64,000 bases of DNA from Tubiluchus corallicola (taxonomy: Eukaryota > Animalia > Priapulida), in assembly GCA_030141605.1 (NCBI GenBank), contig JAQGDQ010000030.1, positions 913,171-977,170 on the forward strand, in the 5' to 3' direction. The notes under the pieces were generated by a model, which searched no databases, was not told the origin of the DNA, and was given only the letters and a program-made list of their open reading frames with translations. Shown in pieces: positions 1-13,700 of this stretch. Position 1 is the first letter of the stretch; the number at the start of each line of letters is the position of its first letter. Both the position numbers and the translations under genes were made by a program.

Positions 1-1130
1 TAGGTATAAAATTTAGACATCATCAAACGGCAAACTACACATTAAAATTTAGTTGTATAACAACTGTTTCCACTGCTGTGAGCAACAGTCTTATCACTGG
101 TTATACAACCAAATTTTGAATACATGCTTTACCGTTCAGTGATATAATTTTCCATATTATATAAGAATTTACACCACTATTCTCAACGTCGAATAATAAC
201 AGTAGAAGTAATTTTTACCCCCGAAATAATTTGCAAAAGTTATGTACATAGTGTTGATCGAGCCACTCAAGCAATAAGTGGATTTTACCATCTTTGTTCA
301 TAGTCGCATACGTGTTTGTTAAATTTTATAATTAATAATGATTCTATTTGCAGCATGTAACAAGATCTGTGGGCACTTGAAGTTTCAAAACTTGCTCGAT
401 TATGACTGTGTGTCAATCAATTGCAAACTTCTGCAATTTTGGGATCAACTAATACAGTGAATTACCGAGATTACAGCACTGCGACTACCGTACGCTTACA
501 CTACTGCATTTTCCTTTGCATAATTGCCTTATTAGAGCTGCTCAGCAAGGCCACAGGCGATAACATGGTGGTCTGAAAATTAGTCTTTGAGCTCAACGCT
601 GATAAAAATAAGTAAAACTTTTCTTTACCTATTCAGTTACAAAACAACACTTCTTTTTCAAAAACAAGGTAGTTATAGTAATATGAATTATCATCAGCTT
701 CACGTTTGAGTTTCAAAGTTTAATAACGCCTTCTATGAGAAATAAAAAATTCGCGAAAATTCTGCACATTTCATCCATAAAAATTTCTCGTTTTGCCACA
801 TTTTACTATTTTGTTGATTCAATAAGCAAATGTGTGAAAGAGTATGTGAGAGTCACTGAACACGTTAATGAAGAAAAGAGTGAGTGAACGAAAAATTGAG
901 TAAACACGTCAGGATGTCAGTTAGAATTTACAATTTAGAATTAGACTTTGCAAATTGAAGGGCATTGAAGGGCTTACAATGAACAGATTTGTACACAGAA
1001 GGTATTAACACATTACTATAATTTTTAATAACCTCGGGACAATATCGGCTAGGAAAAAAATTGTGCTTGTTGCTGCCCAGATTAATGGTAAACTGGAGTA
1101 AAAAGGTAAACAATAGTGTATAATGATGCT

Positions 1131-1268
1131 CTCTCTCTCACACATGAACACATGCACAGACATGCACTCGCACATGCACAAGCACGCACATGCATGCACG
1201 CATGCATGCACGAATGCACACACACACACACACACATGCACACGCACATACACACACACACACACACT
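1131..1268. repeat. Compound microsatellite (TC)n/(CA)n/(TGCA)n
   Basis: Directly visible dinucleotide and tetranucleotide repeats; they generate the spurious Cys/Val-rich ORFs 1005-1346 and 1082-1267. Confidence 0.95.
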
Positions 1269-2389
1269 ACATTGAGTTAGGACAAAGTGCGAATTAGGCA
1301 AAAATTCGTAAGGATGTGGAGGAGCACTTGCTGAGAAGTGTAGCACAATGGTATAATAGCGATGTCTGAGTCAAGATAATAATAATGCCAAAAGAAAGAA
1401 AAAAGGCACATTTGATTGACAGCTACACTGCATAATTTCATAGGTTGAAATGACTGGTGAAATGAAAGTACATCCAAGTACATACCGTGGAGTAGTATTG
1501 CTATAATTATAGTAAATTATTATTGTACATTATACATCCATATTTACAACAGTCACTCAGTCAGAGAACGAGTCAACAAGTAAATCATAAATAAATGGTC
1601 TAAGCAAAAATATAGAAAATTAACGACACAAATAAATTTGCTGTACATGATAGAGAAATGACTCTGATGAATTAGGTGACTGCGATAATAAGCAAAAAGT
1701 GTGGCGCTAAAGATTGCATAGAAATCTGGCATTTAGAGCAGTGCATCTAAATTTTGTGATATTCCCATAATACTACAGTACCTGTATGAAATGCAAATTT
1801 GTATGTTGTCTTGTTTGGTAGTACCTAGTATTACCTAGTAATTTGGTAGTACCTAGTATCATATTACCTAGTAATTCTCTTTTCTGTGTTAATAATGTGC
1901 TGTTAAAGCAAAACCAGTTTCCAAAGCTACTTGACCACGTTCAATACGAATCTATAAGACGTATTGTCAAATTATCATTGAAAGCTTGTTTAGTCACTAA
2001 AGAAATAAAACTATATTAAGACTAGGACTAGAAGGTATTGTTAATAATTCAACTGTATTTATATACTCGCTGGGGTGAGGCGAATTTGACACTAACAAAT
2101 TTGGCCCATCTGGGGTCACCTAAAGGGCATCCACAGGGAATGTGTCAAACATATTGTGTAAGATATTCAAACAAAGCTTATACCAAGGCGGTTTGACGTT
2201 ATAACTGATGTTCATTAAAACATCTAGTGTCGTTGACAAATGACTCAATTCAATTTTCTTTATTTTGCACAAGCGATATTATATGAATAAAATGATAATA
2301 ATAATAATAAATTTAAAATCTATTTGGTAGTACAGCCTTGATGTGTAGTAGTAGTTCTATCGTAAAATCAGTAGTTCTGCAACGTGTCA

Positions 2390-3300
2390 TGCAGTTTCCT
2401 TTTTAAAAGAGCTACAGAACTTGCAGTTACCACATTCTCTGGAAGATTGTTCCATTGGTCAATGACCTTCAAACTGAAGACGTTATGATCGTGTGACAGT
2501 GCGGCTGTACATTTTCTTTAACTTATGTGGATGTCCCCTGATTCTTGTCTGATAATTTTTTGCAGTACCTCAGCATTCATGCTATACATCACGTATCTAA
2601 ACTTGCATACTTTCATCATGTCTCCTTGGACCTGTCTGTACCGCATACTAAAATCCAAGGCCTTTAGTTCTCCTTGTGAGGCAGTTCCTTTATCTCTGTA
2701 GCCATCCTTGTTGCTCTGTGAAGAACCCCCCCCCCCCCAATCAGCTTCTCATCTTTAACAACCTGGGTATCCATGCCATTATATCATATTAAAGATGTGG
2801 CTTGACTAATGCAACAAACAACAGTTTTAATGCCAGTCCATCCAAGAACTCATATTATCTTCTGATTAATCCAGTTTCTTATTAGCCTTACTTTGTGTTC
2901 AGATTAGGATGTTTTCTCGCAAATGTGTCGGACTACGGAGCAAACCTTGTTGCGAGTTACTGTCCGATAGTAAGAGTGAACTGACACTCCCTTTTTTACT
3001 TCTTGGAAGAAGTGTCGAGAGTAACTCACCGAGGCATTCACACTAAACAGTAACTCGCAGGAAAATCAATTTGCAGCAACTTTCGGATAGTTTGCAATAA
3101 CTTGCTGACTTTATCTTTTTTTGACAGAAGAGTACATCTTGGTGTCATCTGCACTGATCTGTGTAGGTAAGACTTCACAACCTCGGACGTGTAATTTATA
3201 TGTGTTACGAACAACACCGGACCAACTACACTCCCTTGTGGATTTCCTGACATTAGTGGTGACCATTCATATTTGTGACTGCTAACTATGGCATCCTTTT
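2390..3300 (-). mobile_element. Decayed CR1/L2-like LINE fragment (RT and 3' region)
   Basis: Minus-strand translations give GNPQGSVVGPVLF..HIN (GVPQGSVLGP-like), ADDTK (about 3140-3152) and QWNNLPENVV (about 2430-2460), broken by stops and frameshifts. Boundaries approximate. Confidence 0.8.
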
Positions 3301-3851
3301 AAGAATTGATGATCCAGCCAATCTGAACCCGCTTACCCAAATTTTGCATTAAATTGCACAAACAGCCTGCGAAAAAAATCAATTTGTGCAATTGCTTGGG
3401 GCATTTTAGAAAAAATAAATATACTACCAGAAAAAAACATGGTCTACAAACTGTTATTGTTTCATGTATGGAGGTGCTCATTGAACGAAATGTGAATAGT
3501 GTACTGAGAAGTTCTTTTTAACCCCCCTCACCTGCAGGAGCTGCATCTTATTAGGTACACTCAGTTGCTAAGTTACTGCTGCAGTTCACAATATTCTAAC
3601 TATGCTCATTCACATGGCAAAATTAGAAGTTTTAATCACTGTTTAAAATGTATGTACGTGTAGATGAATTTTAAGTGAAATTTTGAATCTGAAAGACAAA
3701 ATTATTACCTCTTCCTAGAGAGCCAGGTTAGCTAGCTTACACAAACAAATTAAAAAGTGATAATTTCACGGTGTGCTTATTTTTTTTCAGGTATATTGAT
3801 CTTTACTATGTTCATCACTCTAATAGCTTCTGCTCTCTAAAGTCTGTACCT

Positions 3852-4832
3852 ATGGCGTCAAAAATACCAGTTGCTGTTGAAAGTGATGACACAGAAGATG
3901 TCAGTATCAATGATGAGACGATAAGCACACCAGATTCCATGGATCAGAGCGAAAGAACTGCAATTGGTGTTGCAACGGATTCCACTGATACACAACCAAA
4001 CACATTGCAGGAGTATGCCGAAGCACCTGTTGAGGGGCTTCGGAGGTTAAGCTCACGGCATAAACACGTTGAAGACAACATGCCAAGCCCATTGAAAATT
4101 GATGAGCAGATCATTCCACCACGTGTAAATTGTGTCGAAAAACTGATCATTTGTTTAGACATGGCAGAGGAACCGGGTATTCAGCCATTCGCTTTGAGTG
4201 ATGGCACAAAGCACCAGTTCTATGACATGTTAAAAATTGCTATAGAAAAGTTTGTGAAGTTAAAGAATACTGTGAGCAAGAAACACGAGTTTGCTCTTAT
4301 TGTACTTCACAAGAAAGCACTCTGGGTACATGGCTTCACACGGGAACCAAAAGACTTCACATGCATTCTAGACGGGCTTCAAGGATCGCCAGATTTCTCA
4401 GAGTGTGATTTATCATCATTGTTCGAGTTGATTTACGAGAAAACCGAACTACCACGTGTGGACAGCCCATGCATTGTGCCGCCTCCTTATATAATCCGTG
4501 TTATAGTTATTTACAATAGATCACAATGTGTTCCCATGTTTGATGGCGGCCGTGAAGTGCTCGATATTTTACAGCGTTCACCATATTTTTTCACGGATGT
4601 TTTATATATTCATGATTTGCCAAATGACGATAATAAATGTGAAACTGCATTCGATATGTTATGCTCCTTGGACGATATGTGGCAAACTTCGTATATATTT
4701 GAGGTCACTCGAAATGGCACAAAATTACATGATTACATGGCAAGACTTTTAGCCCACCCACTACAACGGCCTCATCAAGACCTTTGTTCTTATAAGCTAC
4801 AGTGGGAATCTGGAACATCAGAAGAACACTGA
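3852..4832 (+). CDS. BABAM1: BRISC and BRCA1-A complex member 1 (MERIT40/NBA1), 326 aa, single coding exon
   Basis: Acidic N-terminus followed by a vWA-like domain with BABAM1-type motifs PRVNCVEKLIICLD, HEFAL, DLSSLF, PPPYIIRVIVIYNRS, SPYFFTDVLYIH, SYIFEV and LLAHPLQRP. The ATG is at 3852; the ORF-track GTG at 3771 lies upstream of a splice acceptor (tttttttcag|, exon from 3791). Confidence 0.93.
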   Translation: MASKIPVAVESDDTEDVSINDETISTPDSMDQSERTAIGVATDSTDTQPNTLQEYAEAPVEGLRRLSSRHKHVEDNMPSPLKIDEQIIPPRVNCVEKLIICLDMAEEPGIQPFALSDGTKHQFYDMLKIAIEKFVKLKNTVSKKHEFALIVLHKKALWVHGFTREPKDFTCILDGLQGSPDFSECDLSSLFELIYEKTELPRVDSPCIVPPPYIIRVIVIYNRSQCVPMFDGGREVLDILQRSPYFFTDVLYIHDLPNDDNKCETAFDMLCSLDDMWQTSYIFEVTRNGTKLHDYMARLLAHPLQRPHQDLCSYKLQWESGTSEEH

Positions 4833-7719
4833 TGCTAGTGTAGCTAGAGTATTCTAGATATGTACGTCTGAGTATAACATCGTTATAGTGAACCTGTTAA
4901 GGACCCAGAAAAAATTAAACTATAACCTGAGATATTTTATATACGCAACTAATGTAATAATATTCATGTGCATGACTACTAGATGGACAAGCAATTAAGT
5001 GTATAAATAATGTATGTGTGGCATCATAAAGGATGTAAAGTACACTTAGAAGATGCTATCGAGTGTCAAGTGCTTTACTGTATGTTCAAATTCACGTGAA
5101 AAGTATTTTGCGTGATTTCATAACTAAAAGTTATTGAATGTTTCTTATTGAATTGTGTGTACAGTACACTGTACACGTTTAGTTGTAAATTTATCTGACA
5201 AGTTCAGTTAAGTCAATAAGAATCGAAAAGGCAGGAAATTTTGTTTGCACAAAATTTCTGTTTGTCCCTTGTACACGTTTTTGCAGTAAGATTCATTACT
5301 CAATGAAATATCTTATGAGTGAGCTGCCAGTGTTTGTATTTAAACTACATGTAGTTAGGTGCCAAACCACTCAGCGACTTGCATTGTTTTTATAGAGCTA
5401 GTAGACAAAATGACCTTTTAACATGATGTCATGTTAACAACTCCGTATGCTACATGCCCAACAACTTTTTGCAGCACTAAGAATGATGGGCTAAACTTCA
5501 GTAAAGTACACAGTAAAAAACTTTCTAATGTAGGAACTGGGGTCCCATAAAAAGTCTGCATTATGCAATAATCGAGTATGCTGTATTCAAAGCTTTTATA
5601 CTAGTTAAATAAATGATAAAAGTTCTATTTTGAGAGTTCGCATTACCTGGTTGTATGCAATAAACCATGTTTGCTATAATGGTGTTATACTGTAATTAAC
5701 CTTGCTGTAGCTCAAATCAAATCTAGTGGCAAATCCACCCACTATGATTAACACCATATTGAATACTACTTTTGCATGTGCGGTTAAGCTTAAGACAATG
5801 CATGTAATTTTAATTTGCCATTTAGAAATCATTGTATTTCGCACTTGGCTTAAAGTTATGCATGTAAAGTCATACCTGCTGTGCATATGTTGCCATGTTA
5901 ATCTGTCATTTTGTAAATTACAATTCACAAATTCTACTGTAGCATTCCATTTTATAAAAGTATGAAGATTTATGACATCACATGGAATTTCTCTTGCAAT
6001 GCAAAATTATTTGATCAACTAAGCTCTCCCAGCTTTTGTCACAGCATAGTTATTTGCTTCGTAAAATTTGCAAACTGTTATTTGTATTGTACATTTTTTA
6101 CTGTTGCCCATATTAGAAGGCAACTATAGTTAGTCAGATGAGTTCGCAAGTCTGTCTCTCAACAATTTCTTGCTCTAGTGCTGAAACAATCCAAGCTGAT
6201 TTGTACAGTAAGCTTAGGTGTACTCTTTATTTTGAATGATTAGATTTTAAAAGGAGCAAGACAGGCAACTGATTGACTGCATACATAAAACCATATAAAC
6301 TTTTCACTGGTAAGATAGTAATTTGTCTTAGTTGACACACTACATATTCTAATTACATTCTAATTAAGTTCTTACATCAGCTATAATTTCTGTATTACAA
6401 CCACACAGAACGCTTTACTAAATGTAATCACTTTGAAATAATTTCATTTTCTGGAATATTCCGTCTCGATTAGTTCAGGAAACTGAATTAATTCACTTCG
6501 CCGATTTCTCACATTATAGAATGAATGTCATGTACAATATACAGTATGTACAAAATAAATACATTCCTGCAAATCTTTGTTTTTGACAATTTATTGTATA
6601 CAAAGTTGTAAATTACGAATACCATACGGAGAATATTTCCAGAATGTTTGTTTAGCACATTGGACCAATGTCAAAGATTCTACAATCAGCGTAATCTGCA
6701 GTTATATCATTACCATGTCCAGACTTCTAAAGGGTATTTTAACAAGGAAATTACAGTACTGCTGATCTCTCAAAAAAACTTTAGCTGACAGAACAGCATC
6801 ATGAAAAGAACAGTAGTATTATAAAACTACTAAAAAAGAATCAGAATTTACATGCCAATTATCATTTAAATGTTTGCAAAATTATAAAGTAAGCTAATTG
6901 TACAATTGGAAACAACGACATACCTGTAAAAGATGGGTTACGTGAACACAAAACAAAATATAATGTTCCTTGTACGACTTAACACGATCTATACAGTACC
7001 ACAATAAGATTATTCATGCATATCGTATGCAGCTAGCAAATTCATTTGTGTATATGCTTATTTAGAAATTTAAGTGAATATTAAAAATGCTTTAGCCAAT
7101 TACGATCTTTTTATTAACTGCACTGAAACATCCGCACAAACTATATAGCATTTTAAAATGGCCAATAGCAACGTCAATCGGAACTCCTAAGTTCAGAAAA
7201 AAATTGTATGATCAAGAAATATAAAACTAAAAAAAGCACAATAAATTCAAAACAAAATTATTAAAAAGAAATTATACAATAAAATGACAACGCTAAAAAA
7301 TTGTACAAACCAAAGCAACAGGTTTGTGTTATCAAAAACAGTTAGGGCAAAGAGTCTCATCTTCAATTCTGCCTCTATGAGTTTGTGACACTAAAATTTA
7401 CAAACCAAACAGTTTAGTCCCACTGGTACAAAGAATGGCAAATATTAACATACGAAAATTACATCATAATACCTTCATGGCACAAGTAAGTTCATTTTAT
7501 TTTTAGGCTGATGCAAAATTGCATGCTGCAAACTGTTTAAATGTTGCATCTAGGAATGTTCCATCAGTTATCAAAATTTCACAAGCAGCTTGTCCTGTTA
7601 ATGCGAAGCAGGTAATACTTCCTAAGAAGTATTCAACTATTTTATCACATAAACTACTATGCAAGACTAGCAACTGTTATAATAGATGTTTGTTACAAAA
7701 AACGAACCCGACTGCAAGC

Positions 7720-10700
7720 CTACTGCTGCTCATTTTCATTCAGTGTAATAAATATCTGATCAGAACTGTCCATATTGTAAGGTATTTCCAAAAGAATCGG
7801 CTCTCGTCCTTCTTGCTGTACTAACAGCACTCTCTTCTCTGGCTTAGCTGTGTCACCAGAGCCCATACCTGAACTTTCAGTTAAATCTCCCGCTTTCTCA
7901 GTATAAGCCAACTTTTTATGTGGTGTCTCGTTCACATCCTGCTGCATTTCTAATGTGTCCTGCGTCAACTCCGCTGGTGGAATCGGTAGTGGCTCAGCAT
8001 CTTCAGCGTCCGGTTGGAATTCTAATGACCCCTCCAACTCCGGTGGTAAAACAAAGGATCCGTCTTCTTGCTGATAAATAAAGATCTGCTTCTGTTCTGG
8101 AGTTTCTTCCTTCTCCAGCATATTTTCAGCCGCATCTATATCCTCCTCTTGAGATTGCGGCTGAGCTTGATCTACTCCTTCCAAAACATCAATAGCACTA
8201 TCTGCTTCTGCACGTTGGACATCCTGGCTTGCACTCACTTGAGTTTCATCTGTTTTTGCTTCCGACAAAGCAGGTCCAATGTATCCAGAGGGATATAGCA
8301 CTAGATGACCTTTGGAAGTTGTGCCCACGTCATTTACGGTTAACTGGTCCTGACTATTTGAGTCTTCACCTTCTCTAGCAAGCATGGCTTCAAGTTCATT
8401 CTGTATACCTTCTGCCACTTCTCGCTTTTCGTGCATTGCCCTATGCTTGAGAAACTGAGGCCGTCTGTTGTATGATTTCCCACAATCTTGACAAGTATAC
8501 TGAGGTTGTTGTGCTGTTTCAGCATGTGTCTGCATATGCTTGGTGAAGTTACCAATGTGAACAAATACCTTATTGCAATGCTCGCATGTAAACAGCTTTC
8601 GTTCTTCTTCATGAGTTGTCATATGAGCATTGTAGTACGATGTTGTACTGAACGCCTTGTTACAGATGTTACACTTATAAGGGAGAAATTCGTCATGTGT
8701 AGGCATATGTGCCATCAAGGCCCGTTCCACTGCAAATTTCATTCCACAAAAATTACACTTCAGTAAATGCTCCTCTGAATGCTCTTGTCGCCGGTGATTT
8801 TTGAACTCAATAGCATTATTAAACTTTAGCTCGCACATGTCACAACTGATCAGGCGATCTGCAGAATGAGACCTCTGGTGAATTAATAAAGAAGTTATGT
8901 TCATGAAGTTAATGCCGCAGACATCGCAATGATAGTTCTTTTGAACTTCATGAGTCACTGTGTGAAGCAACAATGAAGCGCGCGATGTGAATTCTAAGTC
9001 ACAAGCTCCACAAGCATATGGCTTCCGTGACGGCTCCTCTCTTGTCTTGTACATTAGCCTATCTTGCCTAGCTTTCTGCACAATTTCACTGTGTTCCACT
9101 TCACGATGATAGAACAGTTCCCAGCGCTGCGAGTACTCCTTGCCGCAGATGGAGCAGGCAAACTGTTTCTTATTATCTGCACGATGGACCTCCCTCTCAT
9201 GTCTTGCCAGATTCTTGCGAAGAACAAAGCTCATGTTGCACTGCCCACATACAAAAGGACGAATGCCCATGTGCATTTTCATGTGCTGTGTCCTGTTACC
9301 ACAACTAGTAAATGTCTTAGTGCACTGAGAGCATTTGTATGGCCTATCTGTATTTTCTTCTGTAGGTTTAGGGGTTTCACCAGGAGTTTTTGCAGCTTCA
9401 GACTCTGGTGGTTTCTCATGGAACTTTTCATGCATACGTAATGCAGTAAATGACATGAAAACTGCATTACAGGTACCACACTTTATGCCTGCCTTTTCTG
9501 GATGCATCTCACTTACGTGTTGGTTGTAATCCATCAAGGTTGAAAAAGTCAGTTCGCAAGTTACACATGGGTATGATTCGTCAACATGCATCGTGCGCTT
9601 ATGTTTTTTCAGTCCGTGTAGTGTTATGAAATTAATTCCACAAACATCGCAAACCAGGTTTGTTAAAACTGGCTTCTTTTCCTTCTTTGGTGTTTTAGGC
9701 CTCTTTGCACCTTCCTTCGTGCAAACCTCATTTTTAATATGACGCTCAAGAGTCTTCCTTGTTGAAAACGTAAAATTACATTTTTCACAGGTATGTTTTC
9801 TTATGATTGCTGCTTCAATGGAAATGTCACCATCGTCAGCATTATTTTCTTTATTCTCGTCAGCTTCTTGGGTTTCCATTTCAATACTGCTTGACATAGT
9901 ACGTTGTCGTTTCGCTGGAGACCCAGGAAGGAATTCTTCATCTCCTTCTTGGGTATCTGCTTCCAAATCATCATAGCTATAATCTGGCAAAATCCTCTTT
10001 TTTGGGGTGCGATGCGAAGATCTTCCAGTACGACTTTCACTGGCTGATTCATCACGAGACGTATCAAGAGTTTCTTCATCTTCGTCTATTTCTTCAGTGT
10101 AAAACCGCTTAGTCGACCCTTTTGGTCTTCCACGACCCCTTTTAACTACAGGTACAATATCAATTGGTACTTCTCTGACTTCTTCTACTACAACATCATC
10201 TACAGGATGGACTTCACGCATATGGTAAGCCAGAATATCCTGATGAGCAAAACTGGCACTGCAAATATGGCACATACTAGCTCCCCCAGTCTTTGAGTGC
10301 TGCATCTTTGAATGTGCGTCAAGTTCTGTTTGAGATGCCACTGCTAGTCCACAGTGCTCACACACAACGTGCTCCTGTACAACGTGCGCTCCCAGCTTAG
10401 ATAACTGATCAAATTCAGTATTACAAGCTTCACAGATGAATGGTGCTCCACCGGCTTGCAATGCAACATTTCGGATTGACTTTGTTCTAATATTAGTTTT
10501 GGCTGTGGCAGTTGTGGGTCTCTTTCGTTCTGTTGCTTCAGGCGATGAGCTTCTTGAGGACAATGGTGATTCAATCTTCTGTTTTTTAGCAGACGCCTTT
10601 TCGACTTTCTCAAAAGCCTTCATACAAACCTTGTTTTTAACATGCTGATCAAGAGTTTTTTTAAGATCAAACGAAAAGTTGCAGATAGGACAGATGTATT

Positions 10701-13700
10701 TCTGTCCTTCACTTGCGGATGAATCTTGGCTGCTCTTTAGCTGACGTTTTCTGGTTTGCTTTAAACTTGCTAGTGAAACTTTCAATACCTTAGCTTTGTT
10801 TCCATGCACTGCTGACATATGTTGTATGAGATCCATCCTTCGTCCAAAAGCTCGTCTACAATTTTTACACTTGTATTGTCGGGAGTCATCTTCGGACTCT
10901 CTTGTCTTATTGTGCTTGACTTCCTGATGTTGCTGAAGAGACAAAATGTGGTAAAAGCTCTTGTCGCAATCTTCGCACTGATAAGGACGTTCACTTTGAT
11001 CTGTGGGATGTTTTTCATTATGATGGCGTTTTAATTTAACAGGGGAGTCAAACGTCTCGCTACATTTCTTGCACTTAATCTCTGATTTGCTGTCTTCGTG
11101 AGCCTTCTTATGCATCTGGTATGTCTGAGCACTCTGGAAAGTCTGTTTACATTTCTTGCAAGTGAAAGGCGACTCATTCTCTTTCTGATGTTTCTTGATG
11201 TGCCAGTTCAGAGACTGATACGTTGGAAAGGAAATATTGCATTGTGGGCAGATGTTTTTATTTATATCATTTGCCATTTCACTATGCATTTCATCCTGGT
11301 GGTTTATCAAGTCTATAGCGTAAGTAAATTTCATGCCACAATCATCACAATGAAACTTTGGGATTTTTGCATGTTTATCCTTTATGTGGTGAATCAACTC
11401 CGGGTAGTTATCAAAATTTTTCCTGCAGATATCACATACTAAGTTATCATGTGATTTCTCGTGCTCCTTCAAGTAAGATTGCTTGGTGAAAGCGCATTTG
11501 CACTCCCGGCATTTGAAGGGGCGAGGAAAGTCGTGCAGCCAGTTCTGGTGTCTCGCCAAGTATTTATACGAAACCATTCGAGTTGGACACTCGTAGCAGA
11601 GGAAACGATTCTGCAGGTCGTGGTTGGTTTCTATATGTTTCAAGAGAGTAAAGCGTTCTCCGCAAGACTTACTGCAACTCCGGCATTGAAATCTCAGAGA
11701 TTTGGAACTTTCAGCTGAAAAGAAAACAAATATTTAAAAACTGACTTTAACAAAAATATAGTTGTACTGCACCTTGACTCAAATATCTCCATAGCTCATT
11801 ATCTGGTCATGTCAAACCAGACTGCCAATCTTATAAAAGCATAATTTTGCAATTACAGACACAATGATCATTACATGATAATTTAATTCACCTGTGTCTA
11901 AGCCAAAAACATATACTGTACTTGCAATTCTATCAATTTTTTGAAATAAACAATCTGCTATCACATTTGCCTACTAACCTCTGTAACTTCTAAGACTTCC
12001 TTGGGAGGTTTTGTCAGTCATAAACGATGGAGCGTCTTGCATATCTTCATCCATTACAGATGTCTCTTCTGTCAACATATCTTCCTCAGAATATGTACTT
12101 AGGTTAATCTGACAAAGAAGATCTTGTAAATAACCAAAACACAAATACATAAATTGTAGATACATTATTTATAAAAGAACCCAATTCACTTACATTAATT
12201 TACATAATTACTTAAACTGCAAAAATGTGTTTCAAATATAAGTGTCATCTCACTTACTGTCTGTTCTAGACGCTTCTAACAATTGTCAGTTCTGTTTATT
12301 AAAAATGTCAGCAGCAATGAATAAAAAGTTAATAGGTTCAAGATAAGATTAAACCGTTACTCAAAATACTGCTTGAAGGTTAAAAAATGCTTAGGGAGTT
12401 GTGTATTTCCATTGCTGTCAAATAACAACTAAAGCTCAAATTCAAATAATTACAGATATTTTTGTTACTAGTAACTGAACAAGTCTATAAATAGTAAGGT
12501 TTCGTAATATTAAAATTGCTGAGAAATTGAAACTTACTTTAAGACCTTTGAATTTTCCCTTGTCAATAGAGTCGAGTATATTATGCAGGGCAATGTAGGG
12601 CTGTCTGATACGTATGGGGATCCCGTCTTCAGCTGTTATGTCTAGGTATTCGTTATCATCTAACTCCGTCTTAACTGGAAATGAAATATTTTATCTCATA
12701 CCACAAAGGTTCGTGAACAGAAAATGGACTAAACCACTTAAGCAAGTCATGATAAATCTAACAAAACCAAATTTATTCTTGCTAGCTACTGCAATTTGCT
12801 TGCAGCTAACTGTGGCCTAATTTGAGTTTCTCGAAAACTGTTTATCTAAGCAAGCCCAAAAGTGCACAAAAATTTAAGCCCAGCGTTTTTCTTATAAAAC
12901 TATAAATCACTTTTTCCAATTCTTGTTATTAAGAATAGTTTTCGTGTTAACGTAGTTTGTCTATAAATGACTGTTTACCATAGTGATCTTTTGCAAATTT
13001 TGTTATTAAATGTACAACACAAGGCTACTTTTATGCTCATGTTAGTACTATGAACACAACAAAAAAAGCCAAAAAAGCAGCATTTGTTAGGCTAGCATGA
13101 CTAAACTAAAAGAGAAGCCAGCTGACCAAAGCTGAGCAATGTGAACGAAGGGTATCGGCAATTTTGTAATAATTATAAAACTCACAGAAATTGATGTGGC
13201 AATAATCGCCAAAAGTAATTTAGAACATCAAAAATGATGTGCATATTATAAACAGTGGAAAAGAATACCATATCAACAGTCGAAGCAAGGAAAATGCTCT
13301 ACCATAGGACAACTGTTTCTATAAACCAAGCCTATCATTGCAGCTTATTTCTAGTACTCTGACAAAAATCAAGTTGTATTATGCAACCAGTGGCTGTAGG
13401 AAGAAGCTACCAAATATATATAGTTCCAAGTAGCTTAATGTTGGCTTTGGAAGCACGTGATAACAAGTACAGAAGGTTAAAAACTGCAAATTGCTAGCCT
13501 CTGTAAAGTTCCAGACAAAACGTGCATTAAAGATCGTTTTCTTGGCAGGTTGTTGGACAACTTTGTCGCTAATGCAGCAATTTTTTTTAAAGTGGATATG
13601 GTCAAGTTTTTGCCTAGAGGCCTTAGAAATCAAATTTCCTTTTGGCAAATGCAAAAGTAGCCCACACATCCAGTGCATGATGGCTTTCAGGGTAGGTAAA

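Noticed and set aside
1005-1346. Cys/Val/His-rich ORFs resembling metallothionein
   Set aside because: Translation of the (CA)n/(TGCA)n microsatellite.
1815-1875. Short direct repeats (ttggtagtacctagtat / attacctagtaatt) superficially like a CRISPR unit
   Set aside because: A simple two-copy tandem duplication without spacers, in eukaryotic DNA.
3771-3851. N-terminal extension of BABAM1 from the ORF-track start
   Set aside because: The start is a GTG lying in the intron upstream of the 3790 acceptor.
8068-11718. Many antisense and alternative-frame ORFs over the zinc-finger exon
   Set aside because: Shadow ORFs of a long coding exon with no recognisable motifs.
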